In this document: in pieces, positions 38,129 to 50,500 of the stretch
Numbering within the stretch: position 1 is the first letter of the stretch
Layout: every line of letters starts with the position of its first letter
Source of the DNA: Azolla caroliniana
Taxonomy: Eukaryota; Plantae; Polypodiophyta
NCBI GenBank assembly: GCA_043228905.1
Contig: JBHGNT010000012.1
Span: forward strand, 744,001-808,000
Direction: 5' to 3'
Length of the DNA stretch: 64,000 nt
Notes under the pieces: generated by a model
Told to the model about the DNA's origin: nothing
The model's database searches: none
What the model saw: only the letters and a program-made list of their open reading frames with translations
Position numbers and translations under genes: made by a program

Positions 38129-39270
38129 AAAAGCACAGAATTATATTAATTGTATGTAAAATCCACTTGTTACAACACTTCTTAGTCTCCTCTACCTACC
38201 TATCCTATCTTATGTAGGGAGAGGGATGTCTTGTAAGACCACTAGAAAACCTGAATATGCACTTGAGGAAATGATCCCCACATGTCCTAACATCTAGAAA
38301 TTCCACATACATTCGACTTCTTCATATAGGCTTTCACCCCATGTCTACTATCACACGTGAAAGCATTACGCATATTCCAGTTATGTTGTAGTCCCCAATA
38401 TCATGAAAATTGAAACAATGCCTCATCTCGTCGTTTGGAAGATTTTGAACATACTGAGAAAAACCATTGGTTGCGGCCTCAAATAATAACGGGTTAAAAC
38501 TTGTCCAATGTCCAGTAAGTACTTCCAAATGATACACGCTATAGAACATTTAATGAACCTATGTGTATTGTCCTTAAATTGAATGGTGCAAAATAAGCAC
38601 ATACCTGACCCTAGTCCTCATCTCTTTAAAACTGAACCTAGTGGGAGACCACCAATCATGACTCTCTATATGTATTATGGATAGCTTTACACGAAATGGC
38701 AAATCTCTCTCTCTCTCTTAGTTTTGTTGTGGGTTTGGGGATATGTTTGTACTCGTTTAATTTTTACTCTTTATTTATGATCATATTATAGAAAGGATCA
38801 TGTGCATGGAATTCCCAATTCACCAGACTTGTTAAACATGTTTCTTAAGGAGTGAGTATTCCTAGATTTAATAACAATGTCCAATTTGATAAACATTTTG
38901 GGACTTTTTGCGATAAATTTACATGTTATAGGTATATGCATCAACGATTGTAATGTATTGCATTATAATTTATAGATATCCCAGATAGACGTAAAAGTAC
39001 TGCACAAGCACGATCTTGACAAAGCATATGTAAAAACAAAGTATAGCTAATAAGAACCTAAATTTTTAGTTGCAATAGTAATAAAAAAATTCTTGTAATT
39101 TTTCTCTTTTAGTATTTGCATGAATGTTAATAATGTTACCACATGCAGGAACTTTGTCAACAACTGGTCATTCAACAAACTTTGTGATGTATCTGGAATT
39201 GCCAAGTGATAAGCCGCAATCACATTGGATAAATCGTGGAGTTGGCCTCTTTACGTCGCTTGCATACTAA
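1..39270 (+). CDS. DNAH1: Axonemal inner-arm (single-headed) dynein heavy chain, DNAH1-like; ~40 exons, N-terminus upstream of window
   Basis: Spliced ORF fragments give AAA1 GPAGTGKT (~9590) with CFDEFNR, AAA2 GPTGGGKT (~13520), AAA3 GETGTGKT (~15115), AAA4 GVGGSGRQ (~17030), stalk coiled coils and microtubule-binding domain (19000-23370, 31203-31500), and C-terminal [13 protein letters not shown]...HWINRGV ending TAA 39268-39270. Approximate exons: <1-138, 1510-1755, 1911-2264, 2377-2640, 3304-3693, 4568-4796, 4877-4968, 5303-5464, 6836-6967, 9378-9635, 10451-10720, 10858-11043, 13181-13613, 13800-13991, 14109-14528, 14788-15834, 16359-16520, 16863-17098, 17274-17441, 18558-18866, 18966-19316, 22563-22814, 22947-23111, 23197-23370, 31203-31506, 31585-31743, 32520-32816, 34242-34440, 34571-34696, 34782-35054, 35129-35232, 35314-35530, 35682-35864, 36017-36169, 36259-36610, 36693-36797, 36903-37403, 37492-37644, 37771-38086, 39149-39270. 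Family is certain; the DNAH1 subtype is from recalled similarity and is less certain. Confidence 0.93.
575..700 (-). mobile_element. Degenerate LINE reverse-transcriptase fragment in dynein intron
   Basis: Minus strand reads [11 protein letters not shown] (decayed YADD) followed by a KMVF-like segment. Confidence 0.5.
2965..3268. repeat. Diverged intronic direct duplication (~120 bp x2)
   Basis: ...ttaagcagtatgttaagcatgttgaa...atagtttcacaat... occurs at ~2965-3088 and ~3143-3267. Confidence 0.8.
5570..6050. repeat. Diverged intronic tandem duplication (~240-bp unit)
   Basis: tctctgct...tttccatctcttgttatgttt...gtctaga...gtcaacc...aatcac...taggatttt repeated from ~5570 and ~5807. Confidence 0.7.
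6546..7865 (-). mobile_element. Cluster of four co-oriented, 5'-truncated LINE 3' ends with (TTTC)n tails, straddling dynein exon 6836-6967
   Basis: The motif (gaaa)n-gatatattaacgtcttttaagaggccaaaatggcctataagacc-aataagagattacatcttaa starts at ~6546, ~7000, ~7087 and ~7460. The last copy carries the ORF end (7677-7859), almost identical to 29830-30017. Confidence 0.85.
8339..8957. mobile_element. Solo LTR (619 bp)
   Basis: TGTTAG...ATAACA ends; 5-bp TSD AAACT (8334-8338 / 8958-8962); diverged inverted copy at 20426-21091. Confidence 0.85.
9250..10386 (+). mobile_element. Three short LINE 3'-end fragments (~9250-9322, ~9914-9980, ~10308-10386)
   Basis: Reverse complement of the same terminal motif: tgtaatctctta...ggcctcttaaaagac-ttaatata-(tttc)n. 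Confidence 0.75.
11755..12692 (+). mobile_element. Old, internally deleted LINE relic (RT remnant to 3' tail)
   Basis: gataaaactaaagtaatgttgttcaac (DKTKVMLFN) at ~11884; ORF-end homology ~12400-12510; terminal motif 12625-12692. Confidence 0.6.
18035..18183 (+). mobile_element. LINE 3' UTR fragment with (TTTC) tail
   Basis: Close match to the reverse complement of 29635-29790. Confidence 0.85.
20426..21091. mobile_element. Solo LTR (666 bp), same family as 8339-8957, opposite orientation
   Basis: TGTTAG...CTAACA ends; TSD ATAAC/ATTAC (1 mismatch); long reverse-complement matches to 8339-8957 (e.g. cccatctaagctctaaggtgtgagcg). Confidence 0.8.
21705..21945. mobile_element. MITE / DNA-transposon subterminal fragment rich in AAACC(G) motifs
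   Basis: Iterated aaacc/ggttc motifs; related inverted sequence at ~40585-40760 (aaaccattaagcc vs ggcttaatggttt). Confidence 0.45.
25074..27845 (-). pseudogene. Retrotransposon accessory ORF (923 codons): N-terminal plant-transposon-protein-like domain, Pro/Ala-rich linker, long coiled coil, Gln/Glu-rich tail
   Basis: ORF pieces 27294-27845, 27045-27275, 26628-27020, 26139-26600 and 25371-25952 share one frame. Internal stops at 27294, 27045, 26628, 26139, 26070, 26043 and 25371; terminal TAG 25074-25076. [13 protein letters not shown]...KVDWPVLI resembles Transposase_32/PMD-type extra ORFs (from recall). Confidence 0.7.
29618..30535 (-). mobile_element. Young 5'-truncated LINE (ORF2 C-terminal zinc-binding region, 3' UTR, (TTTC)6 tail), nested in the right LTR-like block
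   Basis: Open ORF 29830-30534 with [15 protein letters not shown]...ERICQLC...[11 protein letters not shown]; tail (gaaa)n at 29616-29640 inside a GA-rich tract. Confidence 0.9.
38088..38125. repeat. (TC)19 microsatellite at the donor of the last dynein intron
   Basis: GCAG|GTCTCTCT...CTCGGTAAAAG. Confidence 0.95.
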
Positions 39271-42111
39271 TACAATGAGGCAAGCTCTACCATTTACACA
39301 AAGTGTCCAATAGACAACATGCAATGTTTGTTGAAGTTGGGAAAAGGGTAAGTTGAGAGGCAAATATCACTTTCTCCAAGATTGGATAAAGGATGTAATC
39401 AACAATCTACGCTTAATTAAGCTTTGTACATGTTGAGGTGCATCTAAAGATTACCTTCTCCTTCAAACTTTTCCCATATAGCATTCATTATTCCTATTTA
39501 TTTCCGAGTAAAAATATTGTAACTTCTCGGTTGGTTGGGGAATCTAGTGAAGCATTGCATATAGTGAGATTGGGCTACAAATGCATGGGTTTCCAAAGAC
39601 TTAGCTTTAAAATGATATTTTCAAATTTACGAAGGGTATTTTTTACATTGCCCTTCATATGAGTGGTTATTTTTAAGTACCAAATATGAATAATTGAAAG
39701 GTCAAGAGTATAAAACACCATTCAAAATGTAAGAATAAAGTATAGTTTACACTTGTTGAATAAAGAAGAAAACTATGCTAATGATGATATAAATGGCAGG
39801 TTAACTAAGAAGAAGCAAATGTGTGTAAAGGATGTCAAAGGACCTTGAACCATATGCTTCTTTTAGTTCTCGTGTAAGATTAGCCAATCCATGTGAAACC
39901 ATGAATGAGCTTTCCTAGGCTCAAGAGCACAATGATGAACCTCAATGTGGCAACAAGGCATTCCATTGTGGAATGTCACAATTTTAATATTTTCTAATAA
40001 GAAACCCACTACCACGAAATCATCCCTTCCATCCCACATGCTTGGGCGAGAAAAACAACAATATAATGAAGCATAAATATCTTCTTGACAACCATAAGTG
40101 TTGTAGAAACTTGAGATCCTATTCCATCATGTGATTGATTGTTGCATCAAATTTGTCATTCCCTTTTTGCATGTGATCAATGAGTTGGTCCTTGCAACTC
40201 CCAAACAAACAAGAAAAATAAGTAGCATAGCATGAGCATTACTTAGTAGGCTAGAGTTACATAATGACCCACATTCAACTATCTTGACTTTAACACATTT
40301 TGTATATAGGAATTTGAAATATTGCACAATTCTCATGAGAAAGATATAGGTAAAGAGATTAACGTACATTAGAGCCCAAAACTAGCCTACGAGACAACTC
40401 ACAATTACAAGGTGGATTGGACCTATATTATCATCATGCATTGAGGGATCCCATACCAATAATAAGTGCTTGTGGTAGTGTTTTGTATAGTGAATGTGAT
40501 GGGGGGTAACATGATCTTGTATAACCATGTGGCTATAGCAAAAGAACAAACAAACACAAAGCATATCTTTCAAAATCGTGAAACTATTGGCTTAATGGTT
40601 TACACGGTTCGATTTTATTTAAGTTAAGCTTTTTGTAAATGGTTTGTTCAAGTTCAGGTTTTTGTAAATGGTTCAGTTTGGTTTGAGCCTTTACCAACTT
40701 ACCAATTTCCACTTAGAACATTTTTGACAGTTTTGGATTGACACTCAATTATTTTCTTAAATTTATTTTTTTTTACATTTTAAGCATAATTTTGATACTT
40801 TAAGAAAAAAACTTAAATTTTGAATAAATTAAATTATGAAATATTAAATAAAAGATTGAACCAATTATAATATGACATATTTTTAAAATTTTGAATAAAT
40901 TAAAATATGAAATATAAAAAGTTTAAGGCACAACGTAGCCCATTTATCTAAAGAATTCAACCAAATTAACAGCAACGAGTCAAGTGGAATTGAAACATCC
41001 GCTGAACATAACTTTTCTTCTTATTATTAATGTTGGCTTGCCTTGCTTCCTAGAAAAGCTTTGCACCATTGTATGTGACCCTTTACGATATTGAAGCTTT
41101 TAGACCCATGTTCATCCTTTTCAAAATGGTGTAGATCCTAACCAAATAGAAGAACTTTGGCTCATAAAAAATAGCTGCTCAATCATGTCCTCAATTTTTC
41201 AACAGGAGACCATATTGCAAAGTGTTCCCATATCCCGATGTTGAATGTCGTGCGTACAAAAAAAAATAGTCAAAATCTTGTTACATGTAAAAAATCTGTA
41301 AGACATAAATCATGTCACAATATATCAACATTTGATTGTTTATTTAAAAAAGCAGCCAACTAGCACCTTACTATGCACACCATTTCCACATGTCTAGCAC
41401 CAGTGGAAGGCATAATATACTACAAGAAAATGGAAGCAACAAGTTTCTTCTGGACAAATTTAATGTGAACATAATGGGTGACTGGACCAAAAAGGAAGGT
41501 AAACAAAAACCACAACCAAAACTTCATATACCTAGGTACATCCATTAGCCAAACATCTCAAGTATAAGAGAGATGTTGAGCAATAAATTGTTCATGTCAC
41601 ATTCTGCACTCAATACGCATGCTTATGCCACAATATTTGCACCACCTCTCAATTTCCTTGCTTTTGGATGAGCGCTGCAAAATGATTTCATATGTACTTT
41701 CAAGACAAATAGAGTATCTTACAAATCGGCTGAATCAACAATGAAGTGATAGAATAGAAGCTTACAAGTAGGTAATATACTGCTCATGAGGATTGCATAG
41801 CACGGCAGTGCACTTGCTCAAATTAAGGCAGAGGTTTGAAGCTTTTGAACATGGCGACACATACTTCAACAGCATATAGTTCATCATTGCACTCAAAATC
41901 AATGATTAATATCTCTTCTTTCTCTTGTTAGAGCCATTAACGAGATAATTGTCAATAGTACTATCAAAATTTCATCGAGTTTCATGGTATTGAACTTGGC
42001 AAAACATTGTCGCTAGAAGCATATCAAAAAGGAATAGATTCTTTTTGTTATTGAAAATGGCAAATCTTTGTTTAACAGCACATATTTCACCAGTGCACTA
42101 AAAAGTAACGA

Positions 42112-44403
42112 TTACTTCCTCTTCCTTCTCTTGTTAGAGCCACCAAGAAGAGAATTGTCATTAGAATCATCAATCTGTTGTTTTCCAACATCACTTGGGA
42201 AGCTTTTCTCTTTATCTAAACTATGCTCATCATTCTTTTGTTTCTCAACATTAGTAGGGAGTTTTTTCTGCATTTCTGAACACCAGAGCGCTCGTTCCAG
42301 ATCACAAGGGGTGAGCTTCAGGTTGCTAGATTTAGCCAATTCCTGCATCAAATCAGAATTATCTATTGGGGTATCCCTTCCATGTGCCCATTATGTGAAA
42401 CTCTCTTCGAGAGAACAGTTAAATATAGCCATCAAATGCTAATGGAGCACACGATGCCAAAGCCATCAAATAACTAGCTGTTCACATACTGAATACTTAA
42501 ATGACACATTCTCCTTTACATGAGCCTAACAGTGCAATGAAAAGTTTGCAATGAAGGCATGGTAGAGGATGAATGTCACTTGCTCTTCACATGCTTGACA
42601 TACAGTGCAATTCGTGCAAGATATGATGACATATTAAGAGGGTTAAGTGCCATGCTTAAGACACCACCTAGAAAGTTCAGCTCATATGTGTATGCCTTAT
42701 TCACACATAGAAACTTTGTGCTTCAATGTATAAATACCCCTTTTTATGAAGGAGACACATATCAAGAACACATGTATACTCTGGTCGCATAGGTCAAAAC
42801 AGGCCTCTTTATGGACGATAAAAAAATTCTAAATTCTAAATTCTAAACTGGCATCACATTGCGATACCAGATTGAACCATTCTAATGCAACTGATATCAT
42901 TCTGGCATTTGTGTCTCACTTAGCCATACTTCCTTTATCATATACCAAATATAGATCTTACAAAAAGATACTTTGCTTCTATTCCACACTAATTAGGAAC
43001 CTTTCTCATTCAACTTAGTGAAAAGTATAGCCATTCAGCCAGATACTGCATACCTGAGCTTTACTCTGAAGCTTTTCCGCAAAGATAAGGTATTGCTTAA
43101 GTGAATAATCTTTCACGCTACCAAGCACAGCCACCATAGCCTGCATTTGCATATTTTGTAATCATAGGAACAATTATAATAAAAGCACTGTCAAATATGT
43201 GATTAATGCATAAAAAGGTCATCAAAGATGTGAGAAAGCATTGAAAAGTTTATCAAAGGTATGATAAAGCGAGCACAGGTAACCTCATCAGACATGAAAG
43301 GAGCAATATCAGGTGCAACCACAGCAAGAACTGCTGATGCTGTTGCAGGACCAACACCTTTCAAGGATGAAAGTGTTGTTATCGCTGATTTTAGATCAGG
43401 TAATGTAGAGAACGAAGCTTTTGAAACAGCTTGCACTTCGTTATCATCCAAGGAAGAGACAAAATTCATTAGTCTGGGTCTGCATTTCCAGAAAACATAA
43501 CATATAGTGTTAGAAAAAAAGAGGTCAAAGAAGATTTTTTGAAATTAATTTGAAATTTTTCATCACACTAATCGTGCAGTAAGTTTGATGAAAAGGCAAA
43601 TACATGGACTCCACATGATGCAATCAAATACAACAAAATCGTCACACCTTAATCATGTAATAAACAGTAGCACACATCTGAGATCCCGAAAAAAGGCAGT
43701 GGGAAAATAATCAGAAGCAACAATAAGAAACAGCAAGAGAATGGAATTCCATACTCTGCTTAATAACATTGCCATACAAAAGAAAAAACACTTTGATAAT
43801 CGGCTTCATCCCCAAAATCCTTAAGGCAGCAGAGAAAAGAAGTCTTGCAATAAAACAAAAATAGAAGACTTTGTTAATGAACATCAATCGAAACTCGTCA
43901 GAGTAGCAGAATGCGGAATAAATCTAAAAAGGATAATATTTATCGATGAGTATTGCATGAAAAGCTAGCAAAAGAATGATAAACCGAAAGAAAAACGGAG
44001 TAATGAAGAACGATCAAGAAACGGAGAGAGAATGTGTGTGCGTATGCGTGTGTGTTTGTGTGTGTATGTGAGAGAGAATGTTTCAAATAGAGGGATAAAA
44101 TGGTGCTTCAAAAAAACACAGAAGAAGAGAAGGAAGGAAGGAAGAAGACCTCCATTTCCCGCGAGAGAGCTTCCATTTGAGGACACGGATGAGGTCGTCT
44201 CTGGTGATGAAAGGAGAAGGGAGACGGGATCGGATGAGTGCAGGCAAGGAAAGAGTGTAGAAATCGTTCAGGTGCTGAAGATCTCCTTCCTTATTCTTAT
44301 TTGAGCCACGGATTTTGGAGAGGGATTCCACACAGCTGCCATAGCCATCCAGGGCAGCCTTCCACTGTGTCGCCTCTGAGGTCGCCATCGCCAAACGAGC
44401 CAT
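42112..44403 (-). CDS. Conserved uncharacterised HhH-type DNA-binding protein (At3g12210-like), 4 exons, basic NLS-like C-terminus
   Basis: Exons 44403-44150, 43479-43284, 43140-43054 and 42342-42112 with GT-AG introns; motifs WKLSRGKWRPRL, LKGVGPATAS, PFMSDEAM, DLERALW; ends KRRKRK. The start could be the second Met at 44388. Confidence 0.85.
42530..42848 (+). mobile_element. 3' end of a second LINE family with an (AAATTCT)n tail
   Basis: VEDECHLLFTC...YSAIRARY zinc-binding remnant, then aaattct x3 at 42824-42847. Confidence 0.6.
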
Positions 44404-44459
44404 CCTTCGTCTTCGTCTTCGTCTTCGTCTTCTTCACAAACCAATTCAAAAGGAAAACA

Positions 44460-44825
44460 AATCTCCGAAATACCCCTGGAAAAACCGTACTTTTCCATAT
44501 TTCCCCAAAATACCCCTTGTATTTCCGTATCTCGCGAGATACCCCCTTTGTATTTTCCATATTTCCCGAAATAACCCTTTGTATTTTCCATATTTCCCCT
44601 TTGCATGGGCCAATTTTGGCCTTAGAAGACGTTAATATATCTTTCTTTCTGTATTTCCCTGAAATAACTTCCTTTGTATTTTCCGTATTTCCCCAAAATA
44701 CTCCCGGTATTTTCCATATTTCCCCAAAATACTCCCTGTATTATCCTTATTTCCCTAAATGCCCTTAGGTTATTTCCATATTTCCTGAAATGCCCCTTCA
44801 TTTCCGTATTTCTAAAAATGCCCTT
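44460..44825. repeat. Degenerate ~31-bp minisatellite (MITE-like subterminal repeat) just upstream of the 44403 start, interrupted by a LINE tail (~44607-44650)
   Basis: About ten copies of aaatacccct(t)tgtattttcc(a/g)tatttccc; similar motifs inverted at ~50960-51025 and ~62780-62900. Confidence 0.7.
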
Positions 44826-45204
44826 ACACTTACTCTCTTATTGCTTCTCACATTATTGCACCATGCATCAAGGGTTTGAACCTTATTTGTAGTCAAACTG
44901 AGTGTCGCCAATAGACAATGGCTTTGGTTTTAGAGAAGGAAAAAGATGAAAGGAAGATGAATCAGAGGGAGATGGTCATATGATCATTTTCACATCTTCC
45001 TTTAGCAAGGGAGATTAGTAATTATGGGTGTTCTTGTGAGCATTCAAAATATGATGGAGTGACTCTGCCCATTTTTTCGTCTTCGTGCATTCACAAACAC
45101 CAATCCACAAAATGACAAAAAATCAAGGGCATCTATGTTAATACAGGATTTTCGTCCCTTTTCGAACAAGTAGGTATTACTCTCACGTACTCATGATGGA
45201 TTTG

Positions 45205-47180
45205 AGAAAGGAACTTACATAAGCATCAATGGCCCTTTATATAATCATCATACCCTAGTTGTGAGAGTAAGTTTTGACCATTTCGTAGGCTAAGCCAAAA
45301 GACCCACACGATATTTTCTTAACATGAATTAATACTTAGCCCGTTTATCTTCTTGTCAAATGTACAAATGGTGACACTCATTGACATCAATGGATAATTG
45401 ATGTGATGTGAGCTATTTCCATTTCAAGCTTAGGCTAAAGTGACAAATGAGATGAAGCTTTCTTTAGTGCTTTGAATTGGGTGGTTCATTATTAGGACAC
45501 AATAGTCTTTACAAATGGATATGGTGGGCTAGAGCAAGCCAATACACATGTTTTGATCAAGATGCCTAGAGGTTTTCCATCATCATTTAAAGGAATCCCC
45601 TATTTTCGCAAATATTGGACTAATATCCAACATGTCTAAGTCACTCTTTAATTGTTGAGACTTATCATTCAAATATATGCCTAGCATAAATGACAGTATA
45701 GGGGCAAGGAAAATTCAAATTCGACACAGATGATCTCATGTAAGGTGGAAGCTTTGTTATGTATGATCCATGACAACATCATCACTGACTACGAGACGCT
45801 CTATTTGTGTTCATTTATACATGGGAAGGCCTATAGCCCATATGACTACATGTGCATGATCTCGTTATGTTTGTAAACATTACTCCTAGATCAACATAGG
45901 AATCCAATACTTCAACTCCCCTTCATGAATCAGGGGAGATGTGTTGAAGATCATGGTCTTAGTCTTGCCTATGTTTACTGTGAACCCTTTTTCATTGTAA
46001 AACCATCTCGGGCATTGAGTGTTTTGATGTTGTAAACCCGTGTTGAGAAAGAATGACCAAGATTATGTCATCAATGTATGGAAGTGTGAACTTGTGTACC
46101 ACATATGTCAATTCCCTCACAATCTCCTTGATTCACACAAATGGTGCTTGTTATGAACTTCGATACCCCTCTAGACACCTATTTCATCTCAACACTTTCT
46201 CATATAGCACATATCTTGCCCACATAATATTAGAGAGAATGTTTAGTCCATGGTCTATGGTAGATGTTTCCTTGGTACAGTATCAAGAACTTGGCATACA
46301 TTTACAACAAATCAATACAATTTATTCTATTGTGGATTGGTCTGGAGTATCAAGAACCTAACATACATTTACAACAAATCGATACAATCTATTCTATTGT
46401 GAATTGGTTTGGTTCATCCACACTGACTAGAGCATATGCCCCAAGCATGTTCATAAACCTAATGAATTGATTGTTTTATCAATCAAACCATCACATGGCA
46501 TGACGGTCTTAGGATACTTGTGTTCTCTATAGTAATCATCATGATATCTATGATTCACATTGGATATTTCAACTACTCATAATTGATTGAGAAGGGAACT
46601 TAAATAAACATCAATAGCACTTCTTATACGCATAGGTGTAAGAGTAAGTGTTACCTATTTAGTAGGTTAAGCATGAGCACAATGCAACATTGAAGTTGAA
46701 AGACCTTTGTGATATTTTCTTAGCATCAATCAATACTCTTCTTTTCAAACATACACATGGTCACACTCATTGACATCAACAATGAATCGATATGGTGCAA
46801 GCTTTTCAATTGTAAGCCCAATTAGGCTAAAGTGACAAAATGAGATGAAACTTTCTTTAGCGCTTTGAATTAGGTAAACATAAATCAATAATTAGTTCCA
46901 TGATTTTACAGGTAGTTTAACATAAAATCATGTCCATTATTGGGATAAAATAATCTTTACAATGGGTAAGTAGTCTCGAGCGAGCCACTAGACATCCTAT
47001 CATTTGGGTCTTTATGCAATTGCTTTCCATTAACTATAATTAGATTGACCAAGACATGATCATTGTACATTTCAAGGAATCCCATATTTCCAAACACAAG
47101 TCCTAGACAATAAATCTAACATCTCTAAATCACTCTTGTAGACTTATCATTCAAGCATATTCCTAGCACAAATTGCATTT
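45205..47180. repeat. Diverged ~500-bp direct repeats (~45205-45700, ~46588-47180) flanking a minus-strand LINE RT relic (~45720-46250) and a 68-bp tandem pair (46279-46410)
   Basis: Shared blocks gagaa-ggaactta, cactcattgacatcaa, taggctaaagtgacaaa, aaggaatccc, agacttatcattcaa; relic reads LPYIDDIILV and VNIGKTKTMIFN. Confidence 0.65.
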
Positions 47181-47542
47181 CTAAAACAAAAATGAGGGAG
47201 GAATCAAACTCTAATGAAGAATAACCAATATTATCTCACATTTCTAACTAATTGAATCTAAAATTATAATTTAAGGTGATCTCTCAAATTAAATTTCAAT
47301 ACAAAAAAGGGAGCGGCTAAAACAAAATAGTCTCAATGATAGTCGGGGTACAAAATCGAAACGTCAAGATCTCACAACGACATTCCTATAAATCTATATA
47401 CTATTCAAAAAGGTTGCAACCCTAAAAAATTTTACTACTAACTTGAGGCTCTTATTTTGACACCTAAGCAAAAGCACCTATATATAATGAACAAAGCATA
47501 TATGGAATTTATAACCTAGATGGGTAATAATACTTAAAAGGC

Positions 47543-50500
47543 CTAAATCCTAAACAACAAACCTCCGTGAGCTGCGAAGAATGGAGCAAATACAAGGGAT
47601 TCCACTGCCATGAGCTTTATGAGGATATTTAAAGAAGGGCCTGATGTATCCTTTAGAGGATCTCCCACTGTATCACCAATAACTGCCGCTTTGTGTGCAT
47701 CTGAACCTTTCGATCCGAGTGAACGCGCATGTTCTGAAGCGCCCGCCTAGAGCAATAGAAAGTTGATATTTAGAGGAACAAAATTCATGCATATACATGG
47801 GCACACATGCATTTATGTGTGTGTGTGCGTGAATGCATATGCACATGCATATGTATATTCATGTGTGTATGACTGTTGAATGTATATAAAAGTATCTACT
47901 ACTACACACGTAGATATATATAGTATTATGTATAATACATATTGAAGCACCCCTCCATAACAATAGAAAGTTCATAATTAAAGTATGTGTTTGTGTATGT
48001 ATCTATGCATATCTGTACAAATTTATATACATATGTACGTGTGCACGTGTGTGAATGCGTGAACATAAACGTGAGTCGTGAGTATCCATGTGTATCTACA
48101 ACCATATATATAGATATAGTACATTAGGTTGTATTTGTATGTGCAAGTGTGTACATATATATCCCCACACTAGTGGTAATAGACAACCATTCACCTCAAT
48201 ATACTTCTTGGCATTGTCCCATGCACCACCAGTGTTGGATGCAGAGATGGCTACCTGAAAATTGACATCAAATAACAAATATTACTTCTCACTCATATGT
48301 TGCGTCAAGAAAACAATGGAACCACTAAATCCTTGTTACATTTTTAATAACTTTTATGTTCATATTTCTAAGTCTAATGGATCATGGCCTTTTTCATGTG
48401 TTAATAATAGAATCACCATCGTTACATTCTCTCTCAAACAATTAAAAGCATTAGTTTCACAAAAATGAAAGGAATTTAGGAGAATTAACCACTCAAAATT
48501 CTTATCCTTATCGCCTGTCCAAAGGGAGCAATAGTAACACAACTAAATTTCCAAAATTTTGTTTCTATGGGCTAGTTGTAGTTTAGTCCAGCATTAGACA
48601 ATCCTTCTTGTCCACTAAAACCAGGAAGGAAGCTATATGGTATTGTGCTTCTTTCACTATATGTATGCTATCAATCATTCAAGTTAACAAACCTGCACGC
48701 CAGAGACCAATGCGCCAGCTAAAAGCCCGGAAAGCGTTTCTACGCCAAACAAGATACCAACAACAAGAGGTGTTAACATGACCAAGGCGCCAGGGGGAAT
48801 CATCTCCCTAATAGAAGCATCAGTCGAGATCTTTACACATGTAGCATAATCCGGCTTTGTAATACCCTCCATTAGACCAGGAATGGTATTAAACTGCCTT
48901 CGAACCTCTTCCACCATGCTCAATGCAGCCTTGCCAACACTCTTCATTGTCATCGCTGAAAACCAATAGGGCAACATAGCTCCCACAATCAATCCAATGA
49001 AGACCCTGGCTGACAAAATATTCACTGCTGATAGCGAGGCACGGCTTATGTAAGCTCCAAATAAAGCCAGAGATACAAGAGCCGCTGAGCCGATTGCGAA
49101 ACCCTAACCAAAAGTGACATTCAACATCATTAGTTCAATAATTAATCCTGGAAGAAGTAATCATTCAGTATCATTAATTCGATGATTGGACAATTGGAAT
49201 AATCTTAGGTGAAATACTCATTCAGTGATTGGGTATTTGGAATGAAAACAAGGGATCCTCTAGCTACAATATCACCTCCTCAAAAAAACCACCCTACCAT
49301 TGCCACTATCACCCACTTCCCACATCTTGGGGTTGATGCCCTAGGATCGAAGCCCTGATTTTAGTTTAATTTCAAGTTTCATGTAATTTCAGTTGCAAAT
49401 TTGGAAAGTCATCTTCCAAATGTTAAACTTGGAATATATAGAAAAGCCTGCAATTTTTTAGAGCAGAGAGAAGAAAAACCTTCAAATCTGAATCCTTGTT
49501 CCCTTTTAAAAATGAACTTTCTGGCAAAAAATGTTTGTTTCAAACACTAGATCCACCCCCTTAGAATGATCTTGTGCTATTGACCACTACCTCTCTGGCT
49601 CGTGGTGGGCAGCACTCTTATGTCCACAATTATCCAACCCCAAGTCACAAAACACACGGCCTAACAATATCCCATAAGCTAGATCACCTTCTCTAAAGAG
49701 TCGATGGAACAGTTATTAGAGACCAGTAACCCTAACTGGAAACAATGCATTTACCTTTCCTATAGCTGCAGTTGTGTTGCCAGCAGCATCAAGCGCATCA
49801 GTTAGCTCACGGATATGGTGACTCATTCCAGACATTTCTGCAATACCACCCGCATTGTCACTGATTGGCCCATATGCATCGATAGCAAGACCAGTGGCAA
49901 TGGTACTAAGCATCCCTAAGGCTGCAACAGCAATCCCGTAGAACACAGCTAGCGTAAAACTAACATAGATAGCTGCGGCTATAGCGAAAATGGGGATGAT
50001 CACCGACTTATATCCAAGTGCCAAGCCAAATATCACATTGGTTGCTGCCCCTGTTCTGCAAGAATCTGCAACATCTTGCACAGGTCTGCAAATTAAGTAG
50101 TAAAAGAATCTGGTTAAAACCCCTCACTTCCAATCAATATCAAGCCACGCAAAGCAATAAGACAATACAGTTATAGCCTGACCTGTATGCATTGCTTGTG
50201 AAATATTCTGTTGTATATCCAATAATGAGGCCAGCCCAAAGTCCAACAGCAACACAGAAAAAGAGCTCCCTGAAGAATATGCAGCATTATTAAATTTGAT
50301 AATAATGAAATATATATACCAACTTATAGATACCTACAGAATGCATGAGGCAAGAGAGAAGCATTACCACCACTGCACAAGTTTTGGTTCATTCCCAAGA
50401 TTATATATATGGAATGAGGATGGCACAGCAAAATAGCACACAAGAAGGATGCCAAGGGTCATCAATACAGTTGAGATGATCAATTGCCTCTTCAATGTTG

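Noticed and set aside
40930-41280. Transposase remnant beside MITE-like sequence
   Set aside because: No convincing motif could be read in any frame.
47785-48165. Structured RNA in the last AVP1 intron
   Set aside because: Degenerate (TA/TG/CA) microsatellite; self-complementarity is trivial.
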